From a virus (Duplodnaviria > Heunggongvirae > Uroviricota > Caudoviricetes), in the IMG/VR virus record IMGVR_UViG_2630968639_000008: a stretch of 33,922 bases of DNA. One strand, written 5' to 3'. The position numbers and the translations under genes are program-made. Below the pieces are notes generated by a model. That model ran no database searches, was not told where the DNA came from, and saw nothing but the letters and a program-made list of their open reading frames with translations. Positions 22,719-29,780 of the stretch are shown in pieces. How positions within the stretch are numbered: the first letter of the stretch is position 1; the number at the start of each line of letters is the position of its first letter.

Positions 22719-23120
22719 TTATTTTAACTCATAGATCAGACAGTCAACGATTTCTAAACCATTTACCATAGAATTAGAAACGCGAACTTTACCATCGTTG
22801 ACTCTAGCAAATCCTTTTAACATTTTATAAATAAAAGCTGAATCCCCCTTAGCCTCAATTGCTTCTAATGGTATCGGCTTATACTTTTTTGATATGCTAT
22901 TTCTATTTATCTCACTGATTTTTCTATATATTTCTGCCGGTCCACGTTCTGAGAAGTCACTGATAACTAAAATATATCTCCAAGATAGATCTGGGTAATA
23001 AAACCACATTGCAGCATCAATAGTTAAATTCTGTAACTTGAGTTTTTTTAATAAAAATTGACCTGAGAATTCCATATCTTTTGTCAACTCTCTGCCGATT
23101 ACCAGTGTGCTTTTACCCAT
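22719..23120 (-). CDS. Hypothetical protein, downstream partner of the HEPN-like gene (overlapping, translationally coupled)
   Basis: 133-aa ORF; ATG at 23120 with GGAG 9 nt upstream; overlaps the upstream gene by 22 nt; AT-rich codon usage; no motif recognised. Confidence 0.5.
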   Translation of the reverse strand: MGKSTLVIGRELTKDMEFSGQFLLKKLKLQNLTIDAAMWFYYPDLSWRYILVISDFSERGPAEIYRKISEINRNSISKKYKPIPLEAIEAKGDSAFIYKMLKGFARVNDGKVRVSNSMVNGLEIVDCLIYELK

Positions 23121-23515
23121 TTCAAAACTCCAGAATTTTGGTCACCTACAGCATCAAACAATTGTTCGGCCATAGCTTTACTTATGTTATTGTCGTATCT
23201 AAATTGCTCGCTCCAGTCTTTAACGACCGACCAGTTAATCTCCAACGAAACATCATTTTTTGCGTCAGCAATCAAAATTTGATGTAAGTTGGCAATTTTG
23301 AGAAGTTGCGACAAATCATGAGTATATGAATCATTTACGACTTTTTTGTTTGGAAACTCATGTTGTAAAAATGACTTGGCAATACAGGCCTTCAATGCAC
23401 ATTCAACTGCATACCCACAAAGATAATATGCACCATGAAAAAAGCCATGATCAAGCAAGCATTTGGCCTCATTAAGCCTAGTGTCAGATAATGCTTCAAG
23501 GTCGTTTTTATTCAT
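23099..23515 (-). CDS. HEPN-domain-like protein (candidate toxin or abortive-infection nuclease)
   Basis: 138-aa ORF; helical pattern GAYYLCGYAVECALKACIAKSF, THDLSQLL and C-terminal RYDNN resemble HEPN four-helix-bundle proteins; AT-rich; TATAAT sits immediately upstream of the ATG. Confidence 0.55.
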   Translation of the reverse strand: MNKNDLEALSDTRLNEAKCLLDHGFFHGAYYLCGYAVECALKACIAKSFLQHEFPNKKVVNDSYTHDLSQLLKIANLHQILIADAKNDVSLEINWSVVKDWSEQFRYDNNISKAMAEQLFDAVGDQNSGVLKWVKAHW

Positions 23516-23934
23516 ACAATTATAACTTGAATTATCCTAATTTTTATGATTATACCCTTATCAGGTATGATGTAGGAACTGAAAACAATATTGGATATCA
23601 TTTTCGGTATTTCTCTGCAAATTCCAGCCCACAGGATCTCGGTGTACAATCTGTCGCTGATCGCGCAAATTTAGGGTCAATCACTTCATTTTTTGCATCA
23701 AACCCTCACTAACATCGAACGATTATAGTACAAGTAGTGTTCTTGACTTCTCATTAAACCGTCAGCATTCAATTAATTACAAAATACTAGCGGCATTTCT
23801 CTCCCGCAACTTTATTACAGCCGTTCAGAACGTAAATGCGTCAATACTCGAATCAACTGATCATCCTGCCACGACTGAAATCTCAAATAGGCCGTTTCTC
23901 AAGTAAGAGATTTTGAATGCATTATTGGCTACTG

Positions 23935-23962
23935 AAATAAAAAACCCAGCGCCAACTGGGTT
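23935..23962 (-). terminator. Rho-independent terminator after the secreted-protein gene
   Basis: Minus strand: stem AACCCAG / CTGGGTT with loop TTGGCG, followed by TTTTTTATTT; 17 nt downstream of the stop at 23980. Confidence 0.6.
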
Positions 23963-23979
23963 CATATGAAATTTTTTTG

Positions 23980-24474
23980 TCATTTCCAATTGCAAGACTG
24001 TGAAATTTTTTCCACAACCTTATCAATCTCAGACAAGTCAAACTCAACTACTTGCATAGTTGATCCATAAGGTTCAAACCCAAAAATAGCTTTTTTATGC
24101 TTAGCCAAGGTCTTTATAAATTGTATTGGTTGTGGAGCAAATGCAGAATCACCGCCTTCCCCACCACCCCAAACACTCTTGACCGGCTTTCCGCCATCTA
24201 ACCGCACTGTAATTCTTGGGTTGTCCGAACCCATATAATCATTGAATGATAAATAGGCATCTGTTTTGTTATCACTACAACGCAACACCAGTGAAGTTGC
24301 ACGATCAGTACCTGCTTTGTTATATGAATCTGGTGATAAATTAAGAGCCACAAAGTCAGTCTGGTCAGTCATTTTATTTATCTCAGACTTTGTTATCCAC
24401 GGCCCTAACTTCTCTACACCAGCATTTGCTGTAAACGAGGCACTTATGACAAAGGCTAAAATAAATTTTCTCAT
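23980..24474 (-). CDS. Hypothetical secreted/periplasmic protein (moron)
   Basis: 164-aa ORF with a signal peptide (MRKFILAFVISASFTANA/GVEK), AGGAGA RBS 8 nt upstream, own terminator; AT-rich. Confidence 0.6.
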   Translation of the reverse strand: MRKFILAFVISASFTANAGVEKLGPWITKSEINKMTDQTDFVALNLSPDSYNKAGTDRATSLVLRCSDNKTDAYLSFNDYMGSDNPRITVRLDGGKPVKSVWGGGEGGDSAFAPQPIQFIKTLAKHKKAIFGFEPYGSTMQVVEFDLSEIDKVVEKISQSCNWK

Positions 24475-24620
24475 AACCCTATCTCCTTGGCTTCAAAGAA
24501 CTAAATATTATCAAGTCTCTTGCCACTAGAAAACCCACTTTATTTCCAAACTCTGATGGCATTCCTGAAAATCCGCTTCATACTCACTTGCCCCGCCCTA
24601 TCATCCTGAGTAGCTAACCG

Positions 24621-24794
24621 TTAAACAAACGTTCGCCAGACCTTACCATCAATGACCAGGATTCCTGCACGCGCCATTTTAGCTGCTGCCTGATTTATGC
24701 AGGTTACTGTCACACCTGTTGCCGCAGCAACGTCCTGCGCACAGAAGCTCTTATGCGTCCCCAGGTAATAAATAATTGCCTCTTTGCCCGTCAT
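24621..24794 (-). pseudogene. ren: Truncated ren-like gene (57 codons)
   Basis: ATG at 24794 overlapping the P stop; hand translation MTGKEAIIYYLGTHKSFCAQDVAAATGVTVTCINQAAAKMARAGILVIDGKVWRTFV then stop; matches the N-terminal part of lambda Ren as I recall it (full length about 96 aa). Below the track length cutoff. Confidence 0.5.
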
Positions 24795-25492
24795 ACACTT
24801 GCTCCTTTCAGCCCAAACTTAGCTTTGATTTCTGCGATCTTCGCCAGAGCCTGTGCACGATTTAGAGGTCTACCGCCCATGACAGGAAGCTGTTTTACTG
24901 GTTCAGGTATCGCCTCACCACGGTTAATTCGCGCGGTCATACAGGACAGTTCATCGGCAGCCTTGCGCCGTAATTCCGCATCAGGAAGCGCATTGGCCCG
25001 CATGTTCTGGTACAGGTTGGTAACCAGCCAGTAGTGCGCGTTTGATTTCCATGGATAAGACTCTGCGTCCGGATACAGGCCACGCTTCCGGCAATACTCG
25101 TAAACCATATCAACCAGCTCGCTGGCGTTTGGCAGCCCGGCGGTAACGGATGCTTCTTCCCGGCACCAGGCAACAAACTGCCCGGGTGATGGCAGGAATG
25201 GTCGATTCTGCCGACGGGCTACGCGCATTCCTGCGTTAACCTGTTCCATTGTGGTGATCCCGTTTTCCCGGAAAGCCAGAACCCACTGGCGGCGGATTTC
25301 GTTCAGTTCGTTCTGATCCCGGTTAGCCAGGCTCGCAGGGAAAGTTGCCAGTAACTGGCTGAACACACCGTTGATGATCTGCGCTACCTGCTGTACCTGC
25401 GGCTTTTCGTCGTACTGTTCCGGCATATTGTTGGCGATCCGGCGCATCTGCTCACGGTCAAAGTTAACCATCTGTGCGGCGATGTTTTTCAT
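24791..25492 (-). CDS. P: Replication protein P (DnaB helicase loader)
   Basis: 233-aa ORF matching lambda P in length and sequence. Confidence 0.92.
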   Translation of the reverse strand: MKNIAAQMVNFDREQMRRIANNMPEQYDEKPQVQQVAQIINGVFSQLLATFPASLANRDQNELNEIRRQWVLAFRENGITTMEQVNAGMRVARRQNRPFLPSPGQFVAWCREEASVTAGLPNASELVDMVYEYCRKRGLYPDAESYPWKSNAHYWLVTNLYQNMRANALPDAELRRKAADELSCMTARINRGEAIPEPVKQLPVMGGRPLNRAQALAKIAEIKAKFGLKGASV

Positions 25493-26418
25493 AAATCCAC
25501 CCCGTAAATCCAGTCAGTGTTCGTCAGGTCGAGTTTTGGTTTGCCGGCTGTCACGCCAGCCTGTTGCTTGTTTCGGTTGATTTCGAGCTGGGTCCACTTG
25601 TCGCGGAGTTTGGCCGGACTCAGCACGTTACCGGACCAGAAGTTGTCCTGGCATGCCCAGCGGAACAGCACGCACATGTCGCGGTGGTTACGTCCGTCAC
25701 GTTCACGCATCAGGCGGATATCGTTAGCCCACCCTGCAAAATTCGGTTTTCTGGCTGATGGCGCGATGGTCTTCACCATGTCAAACATCCACTCTGCGGC
25801 GGTCAGGTCTTCTGCTGTCCCCCACTTGCTGCCACTCTGAATTGCAGCATCCGGTTTCACCACAGGAAGGTCGTTTTCTGGCTGGTCAGAGGATTCGCCA
25901 GAATTCTCGGACGAAAAAGGTTTTATATTGTCTTTTGTTAGTTTGTCTTTTGTGTTTACCTGATTCGGGTAAACGCCTTTACCTGATTTGGGTAAACTTT
26001 TCTTACCTGATTCAGGTAAATTTACCTCTTTCAGGTAAACTTTATTTTTCTTACCTGATTCGGGTAATGTTGACCATTCACTGACCACATTATTAATGCC
26101 GATATTTCGCCCGCTCTGAATAAGAATCCCACGCTTTACCAGAACGCTTTTTGCAGCAGAACACTTGTGCGGCAATATCCCGGTCAATTCGGAAAGTTGC
26201 TCGTTGCTCACCCAATCCAGTCTTTTATTAAAGCCATATGTTTTGCGCATGACAGCCAGGAAGACCAGAAGCTGGTGCTGTGTTAATCCGGCCAGCATCA
26301 CAGCTTCCAGCAACTCATTTGCAATGCGCGTATAACCATCGTCGAGATCTGCCACGCGCCGCTCCTTTTGTGCCACATCCGGCACTGGAAAATTGAATAT
26401 CTCAGCAGTGTTTGCCAT
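25489..26418 (-). CDS. O: Replication initiator O (lambda-like C-terminal domain, divergent N-terminal origin-binding domain)
   Basis: Trimmed to ATG 26418 (GGAGG upstream): MANTAEIFNF...; C-terminal ...KWGTAEDLTAAEWMFDMVKTIAPSARKPNFAGWANDIRLMRERDG...TNTDWIYGVDL matches lambda O; iterons lie inside the coding region. Confidence 0.85.
   Translation of the reverse strand: MANTAEIFNFPVPDVAQKERRVADLDDGYTRIANELLEAVMLAGLTQHQLLVFLAVMRKTYGFNKRLDWVSNEQLSELTGILPHKCSAAKSVLVKRGILIQSGRNIGINNVVSEWSTLPESGKKNKVYLKEVNLPESGKKSLPKSGKGVYPNQVNTKDKLTKDNIKPFSSENSGESSDQPENDLPVVKPDAAIQSGSKWGTAEDLTAAEWMFDMVKTIAPSARKPNFAGWANDIRLMRERDGRNHRDMCVLFRWACQDNFWSGNVLSPAKLRDKWTQLEINRNKQQAGVTAGKPKLDLTNTDWIYGVDL
25956..26067. repeat. 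Origin of replication: five 17-bp palindromic iterons (TTACC-N7-GGTAA) with adjacent AT-rich region 25921-25955
   Basis: Iterons at 25956-25972, 25979-25995, 26003-26019, 26022-26038, 26051-26067, inside O; an AT-rich tract follows in the O reading direction, as in ori-lambda. Confidence 0.75.
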
Positions 26419-26504
26419 AATTCCTCCCGCAATGAGTGTGTTACGATTTGCACCTGAAAGTCGGTTCTGTTCGCGCAGACCGGCTTTCGCCATTTCCGAA
26501 CCTG

Positions 26505-27050
26505 TCATATTGCCCCCAGCATGGTGGTGACCATCGCCATCAGTGGACCAGCCAAATCCGGGTCCACACGAAACATCGACACAATGCCTTCACTCATCTC
26601 CTTCAGTTTCTGGTGGCGTGGTGCGTTGAGAATGACAGCCTGTTTTGCCTCACTGAGTTCCTTTTCCATTTCAGCCAGCCGAGCCATGTAGCTATCCTGC
26701 TCAACCAGGTGGCCGCGATATTCCAGCGGTAGTACCGCCAGAATTGCCGGGGTCAGTTCACGCACGTTATTTCGGTATTTTTCAGAATCGAATTTGTTAT
26801 CGAGGAAGCGGAACAGCTTCTGGCGTGCACGGCTGACATCATCAGGGAAATCGATGGTGCCGCCGCCCTGCTCCCGATACTCATTCACAATGAGTGCGGC
26901 AACAACATCCTGATTATCTGCAGCCGACCAGGCGCGAACGGCATCACGGATTTTTTCGTGGCCTGGCGCCTGTTTTGTTTGAGAACGATTTATCACCGCA
27001 GTCGGGCTAAATCCGCTAGTCTGTTGGTATGTAAGTGGTTGCATAGTCAT
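26505..27050 (-). CDS. Hypothetical protein in the cII position (possibly YdaT-family)
   Basis: 181-aa ORF between cro and O on the early-right strand; not lambda CII-like in size or sequence; family assignment is a tentative recollection. Confidence 0.4.
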   Translation of the reverse strand: MTMQPLTYQQTSGFSPTAVINRSQTKQAPGHEKIRDAVRAWSAADNQDVVAALIVNEYREQGGGTIDFPDDVSRARQKLFRFLDNKFDSEKYRNNVRELTPAILAVLPLEYRGHLVEQDSYMARLAEMEKELSEAKQAVILNAPRHQKLKEMSEGIVSMFRVDPDLAGPLMAMVTTMLGAI

Positions 27051-27074
27051 TGCCTTATCAGTTAACGCCGCAGT

Positions 27075-27302
27075 TTAGGCGGCAGAATTACTCGCGTTAA
27101 ACAATGGTGCGAGGTCGGGACGAATATCTGCTGGTTTAATCTTTCCACCAGTGGCTGAGACAATTTTCATTACATAGCGGGCATCAATTCCGCCACCGTG
27201 TAGCCAACGCCAAACTGTGGGTTGGGCTACACCGCATAGATCTGCCAGTCGTTTTTGACTACCTGTAATACTGATTGCGAGTTGAATGGTTTGATTTGTC
27301 AT
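27075..27302 (-). CDS. cro: Cro-like HTH repressor (YdaS/Cro family)
   Basis: 75 aa from ATG 27302; HTH region QKRLADLCGVAQPTVWRWL; divergent from cI across the operator region. Confidence 0.7.
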   Translation of the reverse strand: MTNQTIQLAISITGSQKRLADLCGVAQPTVWRWLHGGGIDARYVMKIVSATGGKIKPADIRPDLAPLFNASNSAA

Positions 27303-27412
27303 TATCAATTCCTATTGGTATTGCAATGAATAAATAATAGCAATGCGTATTAACCCAAGCAATAGCAAAACGTGTTTTGACCATCAATACGCAAGCGTAT
27401 AAATTAAAACTT
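27303..27412. promoter_or_regulatory. Right operator/promoter region (OR): three related 14-bp operator sites with candidate pR and pRM
   Basis: Sites ATAGCAATGCGTAT (27337-27350), ATAGCAAAACGTGT (27362-27375), ATACGCAAGCGTAT (27387-27400, perfect palindrome), spaced 25 bp. Candidate pR on minus strand: -35 TTGCTT (27362..27357), 17-bp spacer, -10 TATTAT (27339..27334). Candidate pRM on plus strand: -35 TTGACC (27377-27382), -10 TAAATT (27400-27405), placing the start near the cI ATG. Confidence 0.6.
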
Positions 27413-28105
27413 ATGAAAAAAGAAACTCTTGCTGATCGCTTAAACCTAGCGATGGAACAATCTGGAATGTCTCAAGGCGCTCTTGCAAAGGCGTCTGGCG
27501 TAGCTCAACCCACAATCTGGAGACTGACAAGCGGCAACGCGCGCGGCTCAACAAAAATTGTTGAAATAGCTAATGCATTGGGTGTTCGAACAGAATGGCT
27601 CTCATCAGGCATAGGCCCGATGAGAAATGACGGTCAACAATCAGGGAAGCCTGCTGTCAGCCATTCAAAATACTTCAAGATTGACGTTCTTGATATAGAA
27701 GTCAGTGCCGGACCGGGTGTCATCAACCGTGAGTTTGTGGAAGTTCTACGCTCGGTTGAGTACTCGTTTGACGATGCTCGTCACATGTTCGATGGCAGGA
27801 AGGCGGAAAATATCCGCATTATTAACGTGCGCGGTGACAGCATGTCAGGGACGATCGAACCAGGTGACCTGCTGTTCGTTGATATCACTGTTAAATCTTT
27901 CGACGGTGATGGCATCTATGCGTTTCTGTACGACGACACTGCCCATGTAAAACGTCTTCAAATGATGAAGGATAAGCTGCTGGTTATCTCTGATAACAAG
28001 AGCTACTCGCCGTGGGACCCGATCGAGAAAGACGAGATGAACCGGGTGTTCATATTCGGTAAGGTCATTGGAAGCATGCCGCAGACGTACAGGAAGCATG
28101 GTTAA
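27413..28105 (+). CDS. cI: CI-type prophage repressor (HTH plus S24 LexA-like autopeptidase domain)
   Basis: 230 aa from ATG 27413; N-terminal HTH (MSQGALAKASGVAQPTIWRL); Ala-Gly cleavage site (EVSAGPGV), Ser in RGDSMSG and Lys in HVKRLQ; divergent from cro. Confidence 0.85.
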   Translation: MKKETLADRLNLAMEQSGMSQGALAKASGVAQPTIWRLTSGNARGSTKIVEIANALGVRTEWLSSGIGPMRNDGQQSGKPAVSHSKYFKIDVLDIEVSAGPGVINREFVEVLRSVEYSFDDARHMFDGRKAENIRIINVRGDSMSGTIEPGDLLFVDITVKSFDGDGIYAFLYDDTAHVKRLQMMKDKLLVISDNKSYSPWDPIEKDEMNRVFIFGKVIGSMPQTYRKHG

Positions 28106-28334
28106 TTTATCTACGACTTAAGGGAGCGAAGGTTAAGGTTTATACCACTCGGATTAGATATTGCACTAAATTCTCTATAAGAACGCCAAATCTGTTTGCA
28201 TATTTCAGTAAATATTCTCGTTGTTAGCTGAGATTTGTTGCTACTGTCAGCAAAATGTCCCCCTATCTCGTAGCGGTTTTTATTTCGAATCATTATGTTA
28301 AGATGTTTCTGATTATAATGAATGGAAACATAAA

Positions 28335-28715
28335 ATGAGAAAAATCCTAATCGCTGCCATGATGGCATCTCTATTGGCTGGGTGTGCTTCTTCAGGCAAC
28401 CAGCAACTCAAAAATGAAACTGAAACTAGTGTCCAGTCTAAACTTCAGGAAGGTAAAACAACCAAGAATGAGGTTAAATCTTACTTTGGTTCTCCTGATG
28501 CTGTTTCATATACTGACAGTGGAAACGAGATCTGGAAGTACGCCTTTGCAAAAGTAAAAGTTAATGGCACCACTTTTATTCCATTCTATGGATTATTCCA
28601 TAATGGAACGAACGGTACGAAAAAAGAACTTACTATTCTTTTTAACGATGACACGATTAAGAAATACACAATGTCAGAAACCCAAATAAACTCGAAATCA
28701 GGTTGGGCTGACTGA
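28335..28715 (+). CDS. Hypothetical lipoprotein downstream of cI (rex-position moron)
   Basis: 126 aa; signal peptide and lipobox (LLAGC); AT-rich; same strand as cI; followed by a terminator; mid-region resembles a BamE/SmpA_OmlA-like fold only loosely. Confidence 0.6.
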   Translation: MRKILIAAMMASLLAGCASSGNQQLKNETETSVQSKLQEGKTTKNEVKSYFGSPDAVSYTDSGNEIWKYAFAKVKVNGTTFIPFYGLFHNGTNGTKKELTILFNDDTIKKYTMSETQINSKSGWAD

Positions 28716-28723
28716 TAATCATA

Positions 28724-28750
28724 CCCGGCAACCGCGCCGGGTTTTCTTTT
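28724..28750 (+). terminator. Rho-independent terminator after the lipoprotein gene
   Basis: Stem CCCGGC / GCCGGG (28724-28729, 28736-28741) followed by TTTTCTTTT. Confidence 0.65.
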
Positions 28751-28832
28751 CCTCCCCCTCATAACTCATACCGTCCAAAAAACCACCACACCTCACTTCA
28801 GTTATCGCTATGCGATTCAAGTCACAAAATTA

Positions 28833-28918
28833 ATTCTTTTTGCTATCAAACATTTAATATCAAAACACATCAACTAATAGCAATAAGTATTGATATCACC
28901 AATAGCAATAGCTATTAT
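28833..28918. promoter_or_regulatory. Left operator/promoter region (OL) with candidate pL
   Basis: Operator-like sites ATAGCAATAAGTAT (28877-28890) and ATAGCAATAGCTAT (28902-28915), 25 bp apart, plus an inverted copy ATAGCAAAAAGAAT (minus, 28846..28833). Candidate pL: -35 TTGATA (28890-28895), 17-bp spacer, -10 TATTAT (28913-28918), overlapping the operators. Confidence 0.55.
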
Positions 28919-29024
28919 CACCATATCGCAACAACACAACGATACGGCAACCACCTGATTCACCGTTGCGATGACCGCTTAGATCCGCAGCTTGAATTTC
29001 AGCTGGCTTCGGGGAGTGCGAGGG

Positions 29025-29402
29025 ATGAAACGGACGCGTGAACGTCGGTGTGACCAGCTGAAATCAACTCAACATTTCATACCTCAGTCGCTTCAACGAG
29101 GCGGCTTAGTTATGACAACCGGCGGCCATCCACCGCCTGAATACGCGCAGAAGTCTCTATATGTTCAGCAGCCCAGCTTACGGGCAGGAGTTTTTATGGT
29201 TCATCAACATTACGGAACACAGACCGTTAATCGCGGCGCGGTCATGCCAGGAATGCTGGTCAAACACAAAGATGGTACCTGGACTGCATCAGCTAATTTA
29301 CGCGGACGGCTTTATCTGCATCGCGGCATCGAGCGCACTTATACCCGTGATTTGCTCGTGGAAGTTTTTCTCGACGGACGCGGTAACGGCCTGAATCACT
29401 AA
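29025..29402 (+). CDS. Hypothetical first protein of the early-left operon (N position; not clearly N-like)
   Basis: The track ORF begins at TTG 28992; first ATG is 29025 (MKRTRERRCDQ...), Arg-rich N-terminus but the rest does not resemble N; the stop is immediately upstream of the gam leader. Confidence 0.35.
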   Translation: MKRTRERRCDQLKSTQHFIPQSLQRGGLVMTTGGHPPPEYAQKSLYVQQPSLRAGVFMVHQHYGTQTVNRGAVMPGMLVKHKDGTWTASANLRGRLYLHRGIERTYTRDLLVEVFLDGRGNGLNH

Positions 29403-29478
29403 CCCCCCTTTCCTGTTTTCCTAATCAGCCTGGCATTTCGCGGGCGATATTTTCACAGCCATTTTCAGGAGTTCAGCC

Positions 29479-29775
29479 ATGAACGCTTATTACATTCAGG
29501 ATCGTCTTGAGGCTCAGAGCTGGGCGCGTCACTACCAGCAGCTCGCCCGTGAAGAGAAAGAGGCAGAACTGGCAGACGACATGGAAAAAAGCCTGCCCCA
29601 GCACCTGTTTGAATCGCTATGCATCGATCATTTGCAACGCCACGGGGCCAGCAAAAAAGCCATTACCCGTGCGTTCGATGACGATGTTGAGTTTCAGGAG
29701 CGCATGGCAGAACACATCCGGTACATGGTTGAAACCATTGCTCACCATCAGGTTGATATTGATTCAGAGGTATAA
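29479..29775 (+). CDS. gam: Gam (RecBCD inhibitor), 98-aa GamS form
   Basis: [37 protein letters not shown]...; matches lambda Gam. Confidence 0.9.
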   Translation: MNAYYIQDRLEAQSWARHYQQLAREEKEAELADDMEKSLPQHLFESLCIDHLQRHGASKKAITRAFDDDVEFQERMAEHIRYMVETIAHHQVDIDSEV

Positions 29776-29780
29776 AACGG

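Noticed and set aside
23491-23712. 73-aa plus-strand ORF in the intergenic region upstream of the HEPN-like gene
   Set aside because: It overlaps the HEPN-like gene start and its probable promoter, is low-complexity and AT-rich, and has no RBS; judged spurious.
25956-26067. Regularly repeated 17-bp elements that could superficially suggest a small CRISPR array
   Set aside because: The repeats are palindromic, lie inside the O coding region, have short irregular spacers and are flanked by an AT-rich tract: these are ori iterons, not CRISPR.
26505-26508. Track start of O at 26508 giving a 339-aa protein overlapping the upstream gene
   Set aside because: The ATG at 26418 has a GGAGG ribosome-binding site and gives an O protein of lambda-like size; the longer reading is probably an ORF-caller extension.
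28111-28368. 85-aa minus-strand ORF between cI and the lipoprotein gene
   Set aside because: It lies in AT-rich intergenic DNA, overlaps the lipoprotein start and its upstream signals, and has no RBS or motif; judged spurious.
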